Positions 52,725 through 64,000 of a DNA stretch of 64,000 bases are shown here, one piece after another. Made by a program: the position numbers and the translations under genes. Under the pieces are notes generated by a model that worked only from the letters and a program-made list of their open reading frames with translations, was not told the origin of the DNA and ran no database searches. Numbering within the stretch: the stretch's first letter is position 1; each line of letters begins with the position of its first letter. Origin of the DNA: Callorhinchus milii (lineage: Eukaryota). The stretch lies in the NCBI RefSeq assembly GCF_018977255.1, contig NW_024704743.1:79486001-79550000 (forward strand). Direction: 5' to 3'.

Positions 52725-53803
52725 CATTTGGTCGGGAGGATGTCCCGAGGCTCAGCGGGCTCCGGCCTGCTTCACGTTTTGGACCTAGTTTCGGACCCAA
52801 GCTGGTAGTCGGATTCGGGGAGGATGGAGGGCAGGAGGGAAGCAGGGTGATCAAAGGCACTTTCAAAGAGGAGGGTCTTCAGATGGGTTTTGAAGGAGGC
52901 AAGGACGGTTGAAGTAGAGAGACTGCGGGAACGAGTTCCAGAGGGTGGGGCCAGAGTGACAAAAGGCCAGCCACCCCGCCCGCCAATAGTGGGGTGAGCA
53001 AGGCGGGGGACATGAAGCAGGCCAGAGCCCACTGAGCAGAGGGAGCGAGCAGAATGGTTAGGGGGTTAGGAGGTCGCAGAGGTAGGGGGGATTAAGACCA
53101 TGGAGAGCTTTGAAGGTGAGGGCCAGGATCTTGAACTGTATCCTCTGGGTGATGGGAAGCCAGTGGAGTCAGGCAAGGATAGGGGTGATAGGGCCGTGGA
53201 GCCTGGTGCAGGAGAGGACACGGCCTGCAGCGTTCTGGATGATCTGCAGTCTGTGGAGGGAGGAGTTGGAGAGGCCGACAAGCAATGAGTTTGCATAGTT
53301 GAACCTCAATGTAATGAAAGCACGTATGAGGGTTTTGGCGGGCTGCGGTGTGAGACAGTGGTGGAGCCGGGCAATGTTGCGGAGGTAGGGGAAAGCAGAG
53401 CGGATCATGGCGCAGATGTACAGTAGAAAGGATAGTTGAAGGTCAAACAAAACCCCAAGGTTCTGGACTGGCTTAGTAAGGTGGAGTGTGCAACCATGGA
53501 TGGTGAGGCTGTCAGCGCCTGAGGTGAGGAGGCGCTGACGGGAGCCAATCAGGAGAACCTCAGCCTTGTTGAGGTTCAACTGAAGAAAGTTAGCTCTCAT
53601 CCAGGACTTGATGTCTGACAGATATTCTGTCAGCACAGCAGTGGTCCTGGAGTCAAGGGTGGAGGCAGAGAGGTACAGTTGGGTGTCATCCGCATACATG
53701 TGGAAGTCGACTCCAAGTCTGCAGATAATGTCACCAAGAGGGAGCATATAGACATAGAAGAGGAAGGAACCAAGGACAGAGTCCTGAGGAATGCTGCACG
53801 AGA
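52725..53803 (-). mobile_element. L2 LINE, RT C-half to 3' end
   Basis: 192-aa minus ORF with [21 protein letters not shown]. Confidence 0.92.
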
Positions 53804-54769
53804 CAATAATATAACAGAGGAATATGCATCCCCTTTCAAGTGCAAGTTGAAATCACATTTAGTAGTGATCTTTTCATACAGGCATTGTTTGAAAATACTG
53901 TGCTATCTGTTCATTGCAACCATTGCTGTGAATTATGCCAGAAAGTGGAACAGAATACATTGCGTACAATAACTGCAAGAAGCACTTATGGCTTTGAGCA
54001 GCTTCATTAATTCTTCCTATTTTAATGAGCTGACAGGTGCCGCAAGTGGGAAGAGTGTTTTTGATTAAGGTCGCTGCCAGATATTCTCTCTCTTTCCTTC
54101 AAACCGGTTGGGTCCGCTTTTGATGTTTGATAGAGCCATTTATCAAACAATTCAGAGATGTTGGATTATTAGACATCAGTGGACAAATTTCCACTGGCAT
54201 TAGACTTGTTGCACAAAGTGTTAAAAATTCAGACCTGTTCAAAAAACAAGTTGCAGTGCTGCTATGTGTGAAATGTCTATGGATGGGGAGATGTAAAAAA
54301 AATGGATGTAATGGCAGTCTTAGCAGGACTGTATAATGGGGACAAGGGTGCTGTTCTCGTCAGTTAACATTACTGTACTCAAGCTATTTAATCATAGCAA
54401 CAGCATGGATTGCAATGGCTAGGAGAGTTTCCAGCAGAATTGTGGTGCAATTGTAGGAGTACAATGTTTACATATAACTTCATTCAGATGAAATGTGAAA
54501 GGACACGAACATATGTGCACCATTGTTAAAGCTTGCAGCTAACACCTACTCCGTTACATGGGGGAGGAGGGTGCAAGTCCATTACATTTCCTTATCGTTT
54601 ATTCATTGTCTTCTCTCCCGTAATGGAGAATTGCCGGTCTCTGGAAGTTTGAGGGTCTTTTTAGGGGGTATTCTGCAGCATTTACTTTTTGTGTGTTGCT
54701 CAATGTATGGTGTGATTCAAAATCCTCTGGCACATTTCAAAGTAACAATATAACTTGTATTTTTTGAAT

Positions 54770-55133
54770 GCCTAATCACGTCGAAAAGCACTTCACAATA
54801 ATAACCGGTAGTGACTGTTTTTTGTAAAGCAAATGAGGCAGTCATTTTGGACACATCAAAGTCATAACGAATGATCAATTTATCCGGAGGGTTATTGATC
54901 AGGAAAAACTCTCTTCTCTTTTCACATTGTGTCATGGGATCTTTAACTTCCATTTGGGGGAACTGCGGTTTGATGTCTCATTCCAAGGATGACACTATGA
55001 CAATGCAGCCATTCCCCAATATTGCACACTGAGGTGTGATCAAGAACATGAGCTCAAGGCTCCTGATGTGCAGCTTGAATTTACATGCTTCTGACTCAAG
55101 AGGTGAGAGTGTCACCAACTGAGCCAGGCTAAC
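54770..55133 (-). mobile_element. Old Deu-domain SINE
   Basis: gtcatgggatctttaac; head ttctgactcaagaggtgagagtgtcaccaactgagcc. Confidence 0.7.
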
Positions 55134-58100
55134 AGTAGTCATCATCTCAGCCATAATTTCACACCTGACTTATTTGAAACAAGTCATTCTTGGTGAGATT
55201 GAAAAGTATGGTCATAAAGACCTTAAAGCAGACTTTAAAAGCAGGGAGGGCAAGGTTCAGGTTCCTGGACTCACGTCGTTGAGTCATCTCAAAGCGCTTC
55301 ACAATGGTATGGGCGAAAACAGATAGATGGGAGTGAATTGATTATCCTTTCAAAGACCTAGTAGATATTACAGTCCAAATGGCCTTCTTTTGTACTGTAA
55401 CGTTCTACAGTTTGATGCCGATGGCGGTAAATCCACATCAAGATGGTCAACAGCATCATGGCTTTTTCTCTGTGTTTGTAAAAAGCCAGCAACTTGCTGA
55501 CCAGTAGTTTTTCTGACGTCAAGATTGAGTCATGGGGGTGAGGGGCAACATTCACCTCCAGCATATAGAGAGCAGAGTAGAGAAATTCATGCATCCGTAC
55601 ATTGTGACTGGTATGTGCATTTAACCAAGAATCCTTGCTTTGTGAACACCTGTGTGTTAGTATATAGTGAGCTATTACTTGCACAATAACACAAAGTACC
55701 CTCAGTACAAATTGTATCTTGCCATCTCACAGCTCCCCTGTAAACGACTGTGTTTTGCCCTCCTGTCTCCCTGGCAACATTGCATCCAGACTGAGGTAAT
55801 CTGCATCCGTCACCAACTCACCAGACAAGTGCTGACTGAAATATGGCTGCAACGTCATGCAGGCAATGGGCCATTGTTTCAAAACAATAAACATCCAAAC
55901 CTGGCCAAATCTTCCATCATGTACACAGTACATGGTATTTGCAAAGTATTCAACTAGTGTTACGGTAGCTACATTTAAAGGGACTGTACATACAGTAATG
56001 CTGATGCTTGACCTCCAGCTTTGACTCAGAAGAGCGGGGGTAGGTGGCTGGCTTAAGCCAGTTATAGAAAGTGCTGGCACTCCACGTTTTACTCCTAGTA
56101 GCAATGCAATGTTGGCCTTCACTCAAATTAGCCTGTTTCCCTGCACCTTTACCACTTTTCTGAACACCGTTTTGTAAAATACTTCTAAGTCTGCTGTGCG
56201 CAATTGGTTGCTGCGTTTTGTCCACAAAATTTAGTCAATTCATTATGCAGTATATTCTGATAGAAATGTATGGTAAAAAAGGTGGCCATTCAGCCCATCG
56301 TGTTGTGCCACAAGCAATCTTTTCAGTCCCACTTACCTGCCCTTTTCCCATACCCTGTAGCTGACTCTTTTTAAGTTATCTATCTAGTTCCCTCTTGGAA
56401 GGCCAATATGGATTTTGCCTCAATGACTGCTCAATGGCAGGGCATTCCATATCCTAATCACTCTGTGTGTGAAAGAACTACATTTCCCTCGATTGCCCAA
56501 AGTGTTGGCTGTGGAGCATTGACTGTCATTGGCAGAATTTCTGTTGACTGTATCCCATTGCCAGCCATGGCTTTGTCAACTCCAATATCATCAAAAGAAC
56601 AGCAATCATCCAGCAAAGTGCAGTGGCTGATGCTGACAAGAGTGCTGGATTACTTGGTTTGTAATAATATTTTACTAGTCGAATGTTCTTTGTCCTCTGT
56701 TCACATCTCTGACACCTAAATGTTTTTTTTCCTTACTGATTCAGTCATCTTGGCCTGATCTTTCGTTACTAAATCCCTGCCAGATTGGCGAGTGACAAAC
56801 AGATTCTGAATTCCTAACACTACAGGGTGCTAAATACGATCTCTCCTAACAGATTCAATGTGAGATACGGAAAGTGCTGATGTTGCTTCATAATGTGAAG
56901 GTAAAATCTTCACAGAAATGTTGCAAAGGATGAAATGCACAAGGTCACAAAAGAGGTTTGGATATAGGTGGCCCTTCAGCCCTAATGATTTCAAACCTCC
57001 ATGATACGTACCTACTGACCTCCCATTACAGAATCAAGCCAACTGTTTCTTGAATGAATCCAGCATCTGAGCCTAAACCACCCTTCATGATAAACCGTTT
57101 CAGTAATTAGTTACCCTCTGGGTAAAGAAATTATTCCTTGCAATTATGTCTTGAAATTGCCCTTTGCAAATCTGAACCTGTGCTCTCTTGTTCTGCTACC
57201 TCAGCATGTCTGACAGTATTAATTCTGTCAGTTTTAGCAGAGGTACCAATAACCTATTCATGCCTAGTCTGGAAGATTTGTTTTGAGGATTCCTTATCTG
57301 TTAATATCTAGAATTGTGGGGCTTTATTCAGCTATTTTCTCTTCTTATTTTCTCCTTTCCCCTAAGATTAGAAACACTTTGCAATGTTGGATATCAGAGG
57401 AATGAATGATTTTGAACAGGGCTCTAGAAATCGCTTAATTCTCACGCCTTCAGTAGGTGGAGTAAAAAGAAAACATCTGGCTTTCAGGAAAGCATTGAAT
57501 TGAGTTTTGCAGCGTTTCTTAACTGGACACGCCCGATATGAATTAAAGGAGAACAGCTGAAGTGCCTGAGGTACTTACACTTATTCATCTGTGTGAAACA
57601 TCGTCCACTTTGAATACTAACCGTGAGAAACAATTATTATTATGACTCAGTCATGAGAAAAAAGGATTAAATAATAATCCTTACTTTTGAATGAATAAGC
57701 TTTGCATTTGATGTAGCTCCTATAACATTAAAACATCTCAATGTACTTCACAGGTGATTGCTGTGTATCGGCAGCCAATTTACACACTGCATGGCTTCAC
57801 CAAAACCCTGAAGTGAATGATCAATTTATCCGGAGAACTGTCGGCCAGGACACCGGGAGAGGTTCTCGGTGATTGGTTCAAAATGCTGCCGATGGCAAAA
57901 GAACAAATAGAGAAGAATTTTGAGGCACAGAAGGGATATTTGGCTCAACATGTCTGTGCTGTGTCCCTCAGGAGCAATGCTTTCAATCCCATTTACCTGC
58001 CCTATCCCCGTATCCCTGTAGTTATTTGTCTGTTTTCCTCTTGAGTTATCACAAGTTCATAGGTAAAGCTACTGCCTGGTATGAAATCGAGCCTTGCAAA

Positions 58101-58627
58101 TGTGGAATAGCTCGGAATCAATTTGTAGGTTCTTCTGAAAGAGATAATTTCAGCTCAATGATAGAATTATCTATTCTGAAGACTCCAACCGCTTCATTAC
58201 CAAGATATTGAAATATCCTTGGTTGCTGATATGGTAATTTGGCTATGGAGGCGGGGGCAAAATTAGCCAGATTAATCCATCACAGGCCATTATTTGCTGA
58301 ATGATCTGTTGCCAGGAAACTACATGCCCTCGCTTTACTAAATCATCAACAATGGAATCCTCTTCCCTCTGATCTTGTTTTATCTAGCATTTTAATATGC
58401 ATGAAATCAAAATCCCCTCAAAGGTACAACTAACAGGACTATTAAAGCAAAATTTTACAATGTAAAATGCATGTTCAATGTAAAGCGGGTGAAGCTTGTG
58501 TAAATATAAGGATCTGTTAACTAGATGTCTATTCCAAGCTACATGAAGTCCTGTATTGCTGTGCCAAGAATAAGTCTAGCAGAACTGTTTTGAAATGTTC
58601 CACACAGTTGGAGCATGCCGAAACACC

Positions 58628-59322
58628 TATCCCACATTCAGAAATTCCTGAAGAACATCATCCCAGACCCCTGCGAGGTCATTGAGTGGTCTGCGTGACA
58701 GGCAGTCGAAGCAGTTCAGGAGGTACCCTGAGGTACCCTGTGTCACCGTCTCTGACCAACAACCATCAGGACATGGCCTGGCTGGCGATACAAGGGGCCT
58801 CCCGCTCGGGCTATCATGCACGGTCGAGGTCTGGGCCAGTCAGCACACTGCCCTGGGGCCGGCTCCAGAGGCCAGGAGACCCTGGACCACCTCTTCCTGG
58901 AGTGTTGTTTTGCACAGGCGGTTTGGAAAAAGATGGAATGGATTCTCTCGCGGTTCGTCCCTGGGGACCCGCTGTCATGGCACTCGGTGCTGTGCGGCTT
59001 GTTCCCGGGCACTCACAGCGAAACTCACACTGAGTTTGCCTGGATCATAAACTCAGTAAAGGAGCCCCATTGGCACTCCCAAAACCAGGTGTTCGTCTGG
59101 CAGAATGAGGGGCCGATGAGGGCCTGAGGGAGCGTCCCAAAAAACGTGCACAACCTGCGTGCAGTGAAGGAATGTTCCGAAAACAGCGGAATGTTTTTTG
59201 CATCGGAAGAAAGCGGCGGGGCATGGGGGTGGGGGGGGGGGGGATTCTAACAGAGGATGTTGTATGTTTGTGTTTGTTTGGGATTTCTGTTGTACCAAAT
59301 ATTATAAATAAATATTTTCAAA
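58628..59322 (+). mobile_element. Tx1/L1-clade LINE 3' end (ORF2 C-terminal zinc-knuckle region plus 3' UTR)
   Basis: LTNNHQDMAWLAIQGA / HCP....GQETLDHLFLECCFAQAVW / SVLCGLFPGTHSET, a zf-RVT-like motif. Frameshifted. Ends ...aaataaatattttcaaa. Confidence 0.8.
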
Positions 59323-59843
59323 GTTAAGAGCGCTCGCCTCATCAGGGAGTGCTCACCGAGTAACCCACGAGCTCACCCTCAAACTGTAAAGGGGGGGGGG
59401 GGGGAGAGCGGCAGGGAGTGCGGAAGAGCATTACCGTCCCGTAAAAGGACGGCAGAATCGGGACGAGGCCCCACCCCGTGTAACTGCTCCCTGTAGGGAA
59501 AGGGAACAGGACCCCGGCAGGGCCGCCATGGTGACGGGCGGGACTGGTTGGCTATGTGGTGTATGTGTTCACTATGTTCTGGGGGAGGGGGGTGGTGTGT
59601 GGGTGAACAGGTGTGTGCGGTGCATATCGGGGCGATTCCCGACTGTCATAAAAGGGAGCGTCCCCCAAACCCGTGTGCACACTGTGTGTGGTGGTGGGGG
59701 GGTACCAGACCCCCGGTCCCTCCACCAAAGCGGAGTGCGCAGAGGCAGCAGCTCCACACACACACACACACACACACGAGGAGCCGGGACCCGTCGCGTA
59801 ACGGCGCAGTGACACGAGGCGTCCTTTTGGGTTTCTGTACAAG

Positions 59844-59911
59844 AACAACAACAACAAGATTCCATTTACTGAGCGCCTTTCACGTCGGGAGGACGTCCCA
59901 AGGCGCTGCAC
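59844..59911 (-). mobile_element. L2 tail-only fragment inside the CpG island
   Basis: Reverse complement gtgcagcgccttgggacgtcctcccgacgtgaaaggcgct..aaatggaatcttgttgttg matches the young L2 tail. Confidence 0.85.
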
Positions 59912-60146
59912 CGGGTTTGATACCGGCTGCGATCAGCCTGAAGACACATCCACACACAAATACATATTCGGGGTGTACGTATATGTATATATACCTGCAA
60001 ATAAAAAAAAATAATTTAAATTTTTTTAAAAAAAGGGGCGGTGGGCACACCGGACTCGGACCTTGGGTGTTGGCGGGAGCCGCTCGCGGCACACGAACCC
60101 CCCCCCTCAAGTCAGTGCAGCGCGCGAACTCAACCCCGAAGACAAC

Positions 60147-60755
60147 ATGGGGGAGCAGGGCCGGGACGGCGGGCTTCACCCCCCGGACAGCCCCGCCTCC
60201 CAGGACGAGGGGACGAGGGCGGGTAACGCGGGGGGCTCCGGGAGAGATGGCGGGTTCGGGCTGCCGGAGGTGGCCGGCCCCGCGGATGACGGGAGGGCGG
60301 GCATAGCGGCGGACCAGCTGACCGAGGAGCAGATCGCCGAGTTCAAGGAGATCTTCTCGCTGTTCGATAAAGATGGCGCCGGCAGCATCACCACCAAAAA
60401 GCTGGGCACCGTCATGAGGTCCCTGGGCCAGAACCCCACCGAGGCCGAGCTGGAGGACATGATCAACGACGTGGACGTCGACGGCAGCGGCACCATCGAC
60501 TTCCCCGAGTTCGTGGCCATCATGGTCAGGAAAATGAACGACACGGACGCGGAGGAGGAGTTCCGCGAGGTGTTCCGCCTGTTCGACAAGGACGGCAACG
60601 GGTACATCGGGGCGGCCGAGCTGCGGCACGTCATGGCCAACCTCGGGGAGAAGCTGACAGACGAAGAAATCGGCGAAATGATCAGAGCAGCGGACATCGA
60701 CGGCGACGGCCAAGTCAGCTACGAGGAGTTCGTACAGATGTTGTTTCCAAAATGA
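60147..60755 (+). CDS. Intronless calmodulin-like EF-hand protein (202 aa; 54-aa Gly-rich N-terminal extension + 148-aa calmodulin domain)
   Basis: Uninterrupted ORF. First ATG is in a good Kozak context (aacATGg). [14 protein letters not shown]...[11 protein letters not shown] aligns without gaps to vertebrate calmodulin, with 26 substitutions in 148 aa by manual count. Four EF-hand loops are recognisable, third codon positions are GC-rich, and AATAAA signals follow. Orthology (CALML3-like versus lineage-specific retrocopy) cannot be determined here. Confidence 0.92.
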   Translation: MGEQGRDGGLHPPDSPASQDEGTRAGNAGGSGRDGGFGLPEVAGPADDGRAGIAADQLTEEQIAEFKEIFSLFDKDGAGSITTKKLGTVMRSLGQNPTEAELEDMINDVDVDGSGTIDFPEFVAIMVRKMNDTDAEEEFREVFRLFDKDGNGYIGAAELRHVMANLGEKLTDEEIGEMIRAADIDGDGQVSYEEFVQMLFPK

Positions 60756-60926
60756 AGACGGTCCCGGTTATCTTCTGCCCCCACTCCATCCTCCTCCCTC
60801 CCTCCCTCCCTCCCTCCACCCCACCTTCGCCCTCGAAACACAGGGGCCATTCTCCCACTTGGCCACTGGATTCATTCTGTGGCTGTCACAGGGCAACCAG
60901 GCGTCGCTGACCGTCAAAGAAGAAGG

Positions 60927-60958
60927 AATAAAATAAACAAAACACAAATAAAAACAAC
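60927..60958 (+). terminator. Polyadenylation signal cluster / A-rich tract downstream of the calmodulin-like gene
   Basis: AATAAA at 60927, 60932 and 60947, within an A-rich run ~170 nt after the stop codon. Confidence 0.6.
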
Positions 60959-62267
60959 ACCGCAACTTGTGTCACCACACAAACTCTGCAATGTGATGAG
61001 CGGTGGACCCCTGGACACCCCCCCTCCACCTCCACCCCCCACCCCACCCAGGGATCTCCAAGCCATTGCATCAGTCGAGCCTGTACTACCCTCAAAACAC
61101 AACCAGCCCTTGGACTTCTTTAGGAAGTTTACATGTTAATTAATACACTGTTCGGGCTGGTCAGTTTTTGACAGTTTTCAAAAAGCACAGCCTGGTTCTG
61201 TTGATTCCACTTGATGTTCTTTTTTGTGGAAATAGTTTAGCTTTTTTTTTTCCAGTTTGTATAACGGAGACGATTGTTCTGAAGTTGGTTGGGTTGTTTT
61301 TCTTTTTTGAGTGCCGCCGCGAGCGAGAAAACAAAAACAAAACCAAACACACCGCCGGCGCTTAGAAGATTTTGATTACATGACAGGCCTGGAGTGGAAT
61401 TGTTTTCGTACTTAACCGCGCACTCACAAATGAGCAGGTTTGAAGATCTCAATAAATAGATCATTTAAAAAAAACGAATGGATGGCATCTCTGTATAAAC
61501 TTGATTAATGTGTCTGCATTAATTCCTTCAAAAAATGTATAATAATAATAATAAATTGATCACTCAATCCACGACTGTTTGTGGGACACTGCTGTGCGCA
61601 ATTGGCTGCTGTGTTTCGCCCACAAAATAAACAGTCAGTTCACTTTACAGTGTACTCTGAAGTGCTTTGAGACCCCTCAAAGACATGAGAAGACGCCATA
61701 TCAAATGCAAGGATTATTATTATTACATGTAGCAGTATGTTCCAGAACACGATTAGCCAAACTACGAGGAATATCTGACGTTCATTCGCATATCTAATGT
61801 TTTGTAAAGAAAAAGTAATCGTATCAAATTACCCCTTTCTACACTTAAGAAGGTTTGCTGCTGTTGTTCTTGTTTTTTATAGCTTGGTTAGATGTTACAT
61901 GATATTTTGGGTATAATTGGGTATAATTCTCCTTTTACATATTAGAAAAGTGAAAGGAGTTTCCCCTGGTGGGCTGACCAACAATCCCCCAAATAAAATT
62001 GGTCACTCACTTCATAGCTGTTTGGGGGAAATTACTGTGTGCAAGTTGGCTACCAAGTTTGCCCACAAAATACACACAGCTACACCACTTAACAGATTAT
62101 CCTGTGAAGCGCCTTGAGCCAAGCAATTCAAGATGTTGGTATTCTTGGACCAATATTTGAATCCATTAAAACCAAGGGGTGAACAATGCAACATTTCAAA
62201 ACAGATTTAATATTTTTTGTGGTGTCTCTGGTTAACAATGTCCCAGATTAATTGGTTATTAATCCAG

Positions 62268-62836
62268 GGCAGGCTGCCAAAACCCTCATACATGCTTTCA
62301 TTACATTGAGGATTGACTATGCAAACTCATTGCTTGTCGGCCTCCCCAACTCCTCCCTCTGTAGACTGCAGATCATCCAGAACTCTGCAGCCCGCATCCT
62401 CTCCTGCACTAGGCTCCGAGACCCTATCACCCCCCATCCTTGCCGAACTCCACTGGCTTCCCGTCACACAGAGGATACAGTTCAAGATCCTGGTCCTGAC
62501 CATCAAAGACCTCCATGGAATTGCTCCCTCCTACCTCTGCGCCCTCCTAATCCTGCTCCCTCACTCCTCTCAGCGGGCTCCAGCCTTCTGCCACTCTGCC
62601 CCCACCCTCCGGAACTCCATCCGCAGTCCCTCCGCCTCACCCCTCCCTTGCCACCTTCAAGACCCATCTCAAGACCCTCCTCTTCCCCCGTGCTTTCAAT
62701 CTCCCTGCTTCCCCCACTGCCCTCCACCCTCTCCGACCCCGACCCCCAGCTCGAGTCCAAAACTCTGTATGTCCAGCGCCTTGGGACATCCTCCCAATGT
62801 GAAAGGCGCTATACAAATGTAATTTTGTTGTTGTTA
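62268..62836 (+). mobile_element. L2 LINE 3' portion
   Basis: AKTLIHAFITLRIDYANSLL and LHWLPVTQRIQFKIL; tail tatacaaatgtaattttgttgttg. Confidence 0.9.
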
Positions 62837-64000
62837 TTCACCTCATGATAAACACAGCAGCCAATTTACGCACAGCAATGTCCGACAAACAGCAACTAAG
62901 TGAATGATCATTTTCTCTGCAGGATTGTGGGCACAAGGAGAAACTGCCTTCTCTTTCTGAATATTGGTATGCGATGTGTAATGTCCACCTGACAGGCAGA
63001 TGGAAACTCCATTTAATGTCTTAGCCAAATGACATTTGAGTTTGATTCTGGGTCTTGGGGCTCTAAGTTGTGAGTTGAGACTAACAGAGCTGAGCTTGTT
63101 CTCATCAGAAAAAGGAAAACTGAGAGACGGATACAATCCAGGTTAGTAAAATGCTGAGGAATAGCTGAGGTATATAAGCAGGCCTGCCCCATTGAGAATG
63201 GGACTTCATTGACTTCAGGGGATTTTATAAAAAAGTGGATGTTTCCTTGCTGGCTTGATTTTCTCTGGCAGAAAAAATACAGAGTCAATAGACAAACATT
63301 ATAGAAGGTGCCAGTAAGTACTATTGGTGCCAAATATTGAAGATCAAGGACCAATATCTGGGGTGGAAACATCACTGATACCGCAGATTTCTATGTTTCT
63401 AACTATTCTCATATTCATGCATTTGCCTACAAAATACACACTCACTACACTTAATCGTAAATCCTGTGCAGCGCTTTGAGATGTCCCGTTCTCCCCCCGC
63501 CCTCCCAATGTGAAAGGCACTATATCAAATGCAAGCGTTGTTATTAATATTCCTGTTTCTCACGGTTCTGTGTTCAAGATGGCCTCTGGCATCCCACCTT
63601 TAATTAAAGGCTTCTCTTTCTTTGGCACTGAATTGACTTCAGTGTCCAAATCTCTTCTGTTAGCTCGGCAGACAAGTAGCCGCGGATGCAACACATTTAT
63701 CTTCATATACTAGGCTTCTGTTGCTAAAATAACTGATGGATTATAGTAGCACTCCAAGCATTTGACAAAGCAGATTTATTGCCAGTACTTAAGCCATGAC
63801 CTAAATTGGTGTATCAGTTGGATTAACTTCCCCTGATCAATAACCGGCTGTTTTTACAAATCCAGACAAACGTTTTCAGAAAATGTGCAGTCAAGCTATG
63901 TGTTCTTTCGAAAGCAACATGTGATCTGCCATAGTATGAAATTGCCAATGTTTATACAATGCTGCAGATGATTGTTTTTAAGTTGTTCTGAGTATATTCT

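Larger units (their letters stand above)
59325..60760. promoter_or_regulatory. CpG island covering the promoter and body of the calmodulin-like gene
   Basis: Abrupt switch to GC- and CpG-rich sequence in an otherwise CpG-depleted window. Contains a GC box GGGGCGGTGG at ~60035, a MYB-type TAACGG at 59799-59804, G-runs, and (CA)n at ~59755-59777. Confidence 0.8.

Noticed and set aside
60063..60146. TTG start given by the ORF track
   Set aside because: Non-ATG start. The first ATG with strong Kozak context is at 60147.
59548..60306. 252-aa plus-strand ORF upstream of and overlapping the gene
   Set aside because: Runs through (CA)n, an L2 tail and A/T runs. Stop-codon scarcity in a CpG island explains it.
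59880..60713. 277-aa and 173-aa minus-strand ORFs
   Set aside because: Antisense shadows of the GC3-rich calmodulin-like CDS; no independent homology.

Overview
A 64-kb vertebrate genomic window that is AT-rich and dense in retroelements. The repeats are L2 LINEs with (TTG)n tails, CR1 tails, SacSINE1/Deu-domain-like SINEs, a tRNA-Ala SINE, a Tx1 LINE and foldback MITEs. This mix points to a cartilaginous fish, possibly a holocephalan (inference). The only confidently identifiable host protein-coding gene is an intronless calmodulin-like gene (60147-60755, +) in a CpG island. It is about 82% identical to calmodulin by manual count, has an inactivated first EF-hand, and has a 54-aa Gly-rich N-terminal extension. 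Near 3.9 kb there is a compact RFX/MYB/CCAAT promoter-like cluster followed by phase-compatible candidate exons of an unidentified gene (low confidence). Other notable structure includes a young L2 with an intact 5'-truncated RT ORF, several near-identical local duplications fused to retroelement junctions, a CR1 foldback hairpin and a decayed 28S rRNA fragment. Nearly all other ORFs in the track are shadows of repeats. All alignments were done by eye, and repeat boundaries are approximate.
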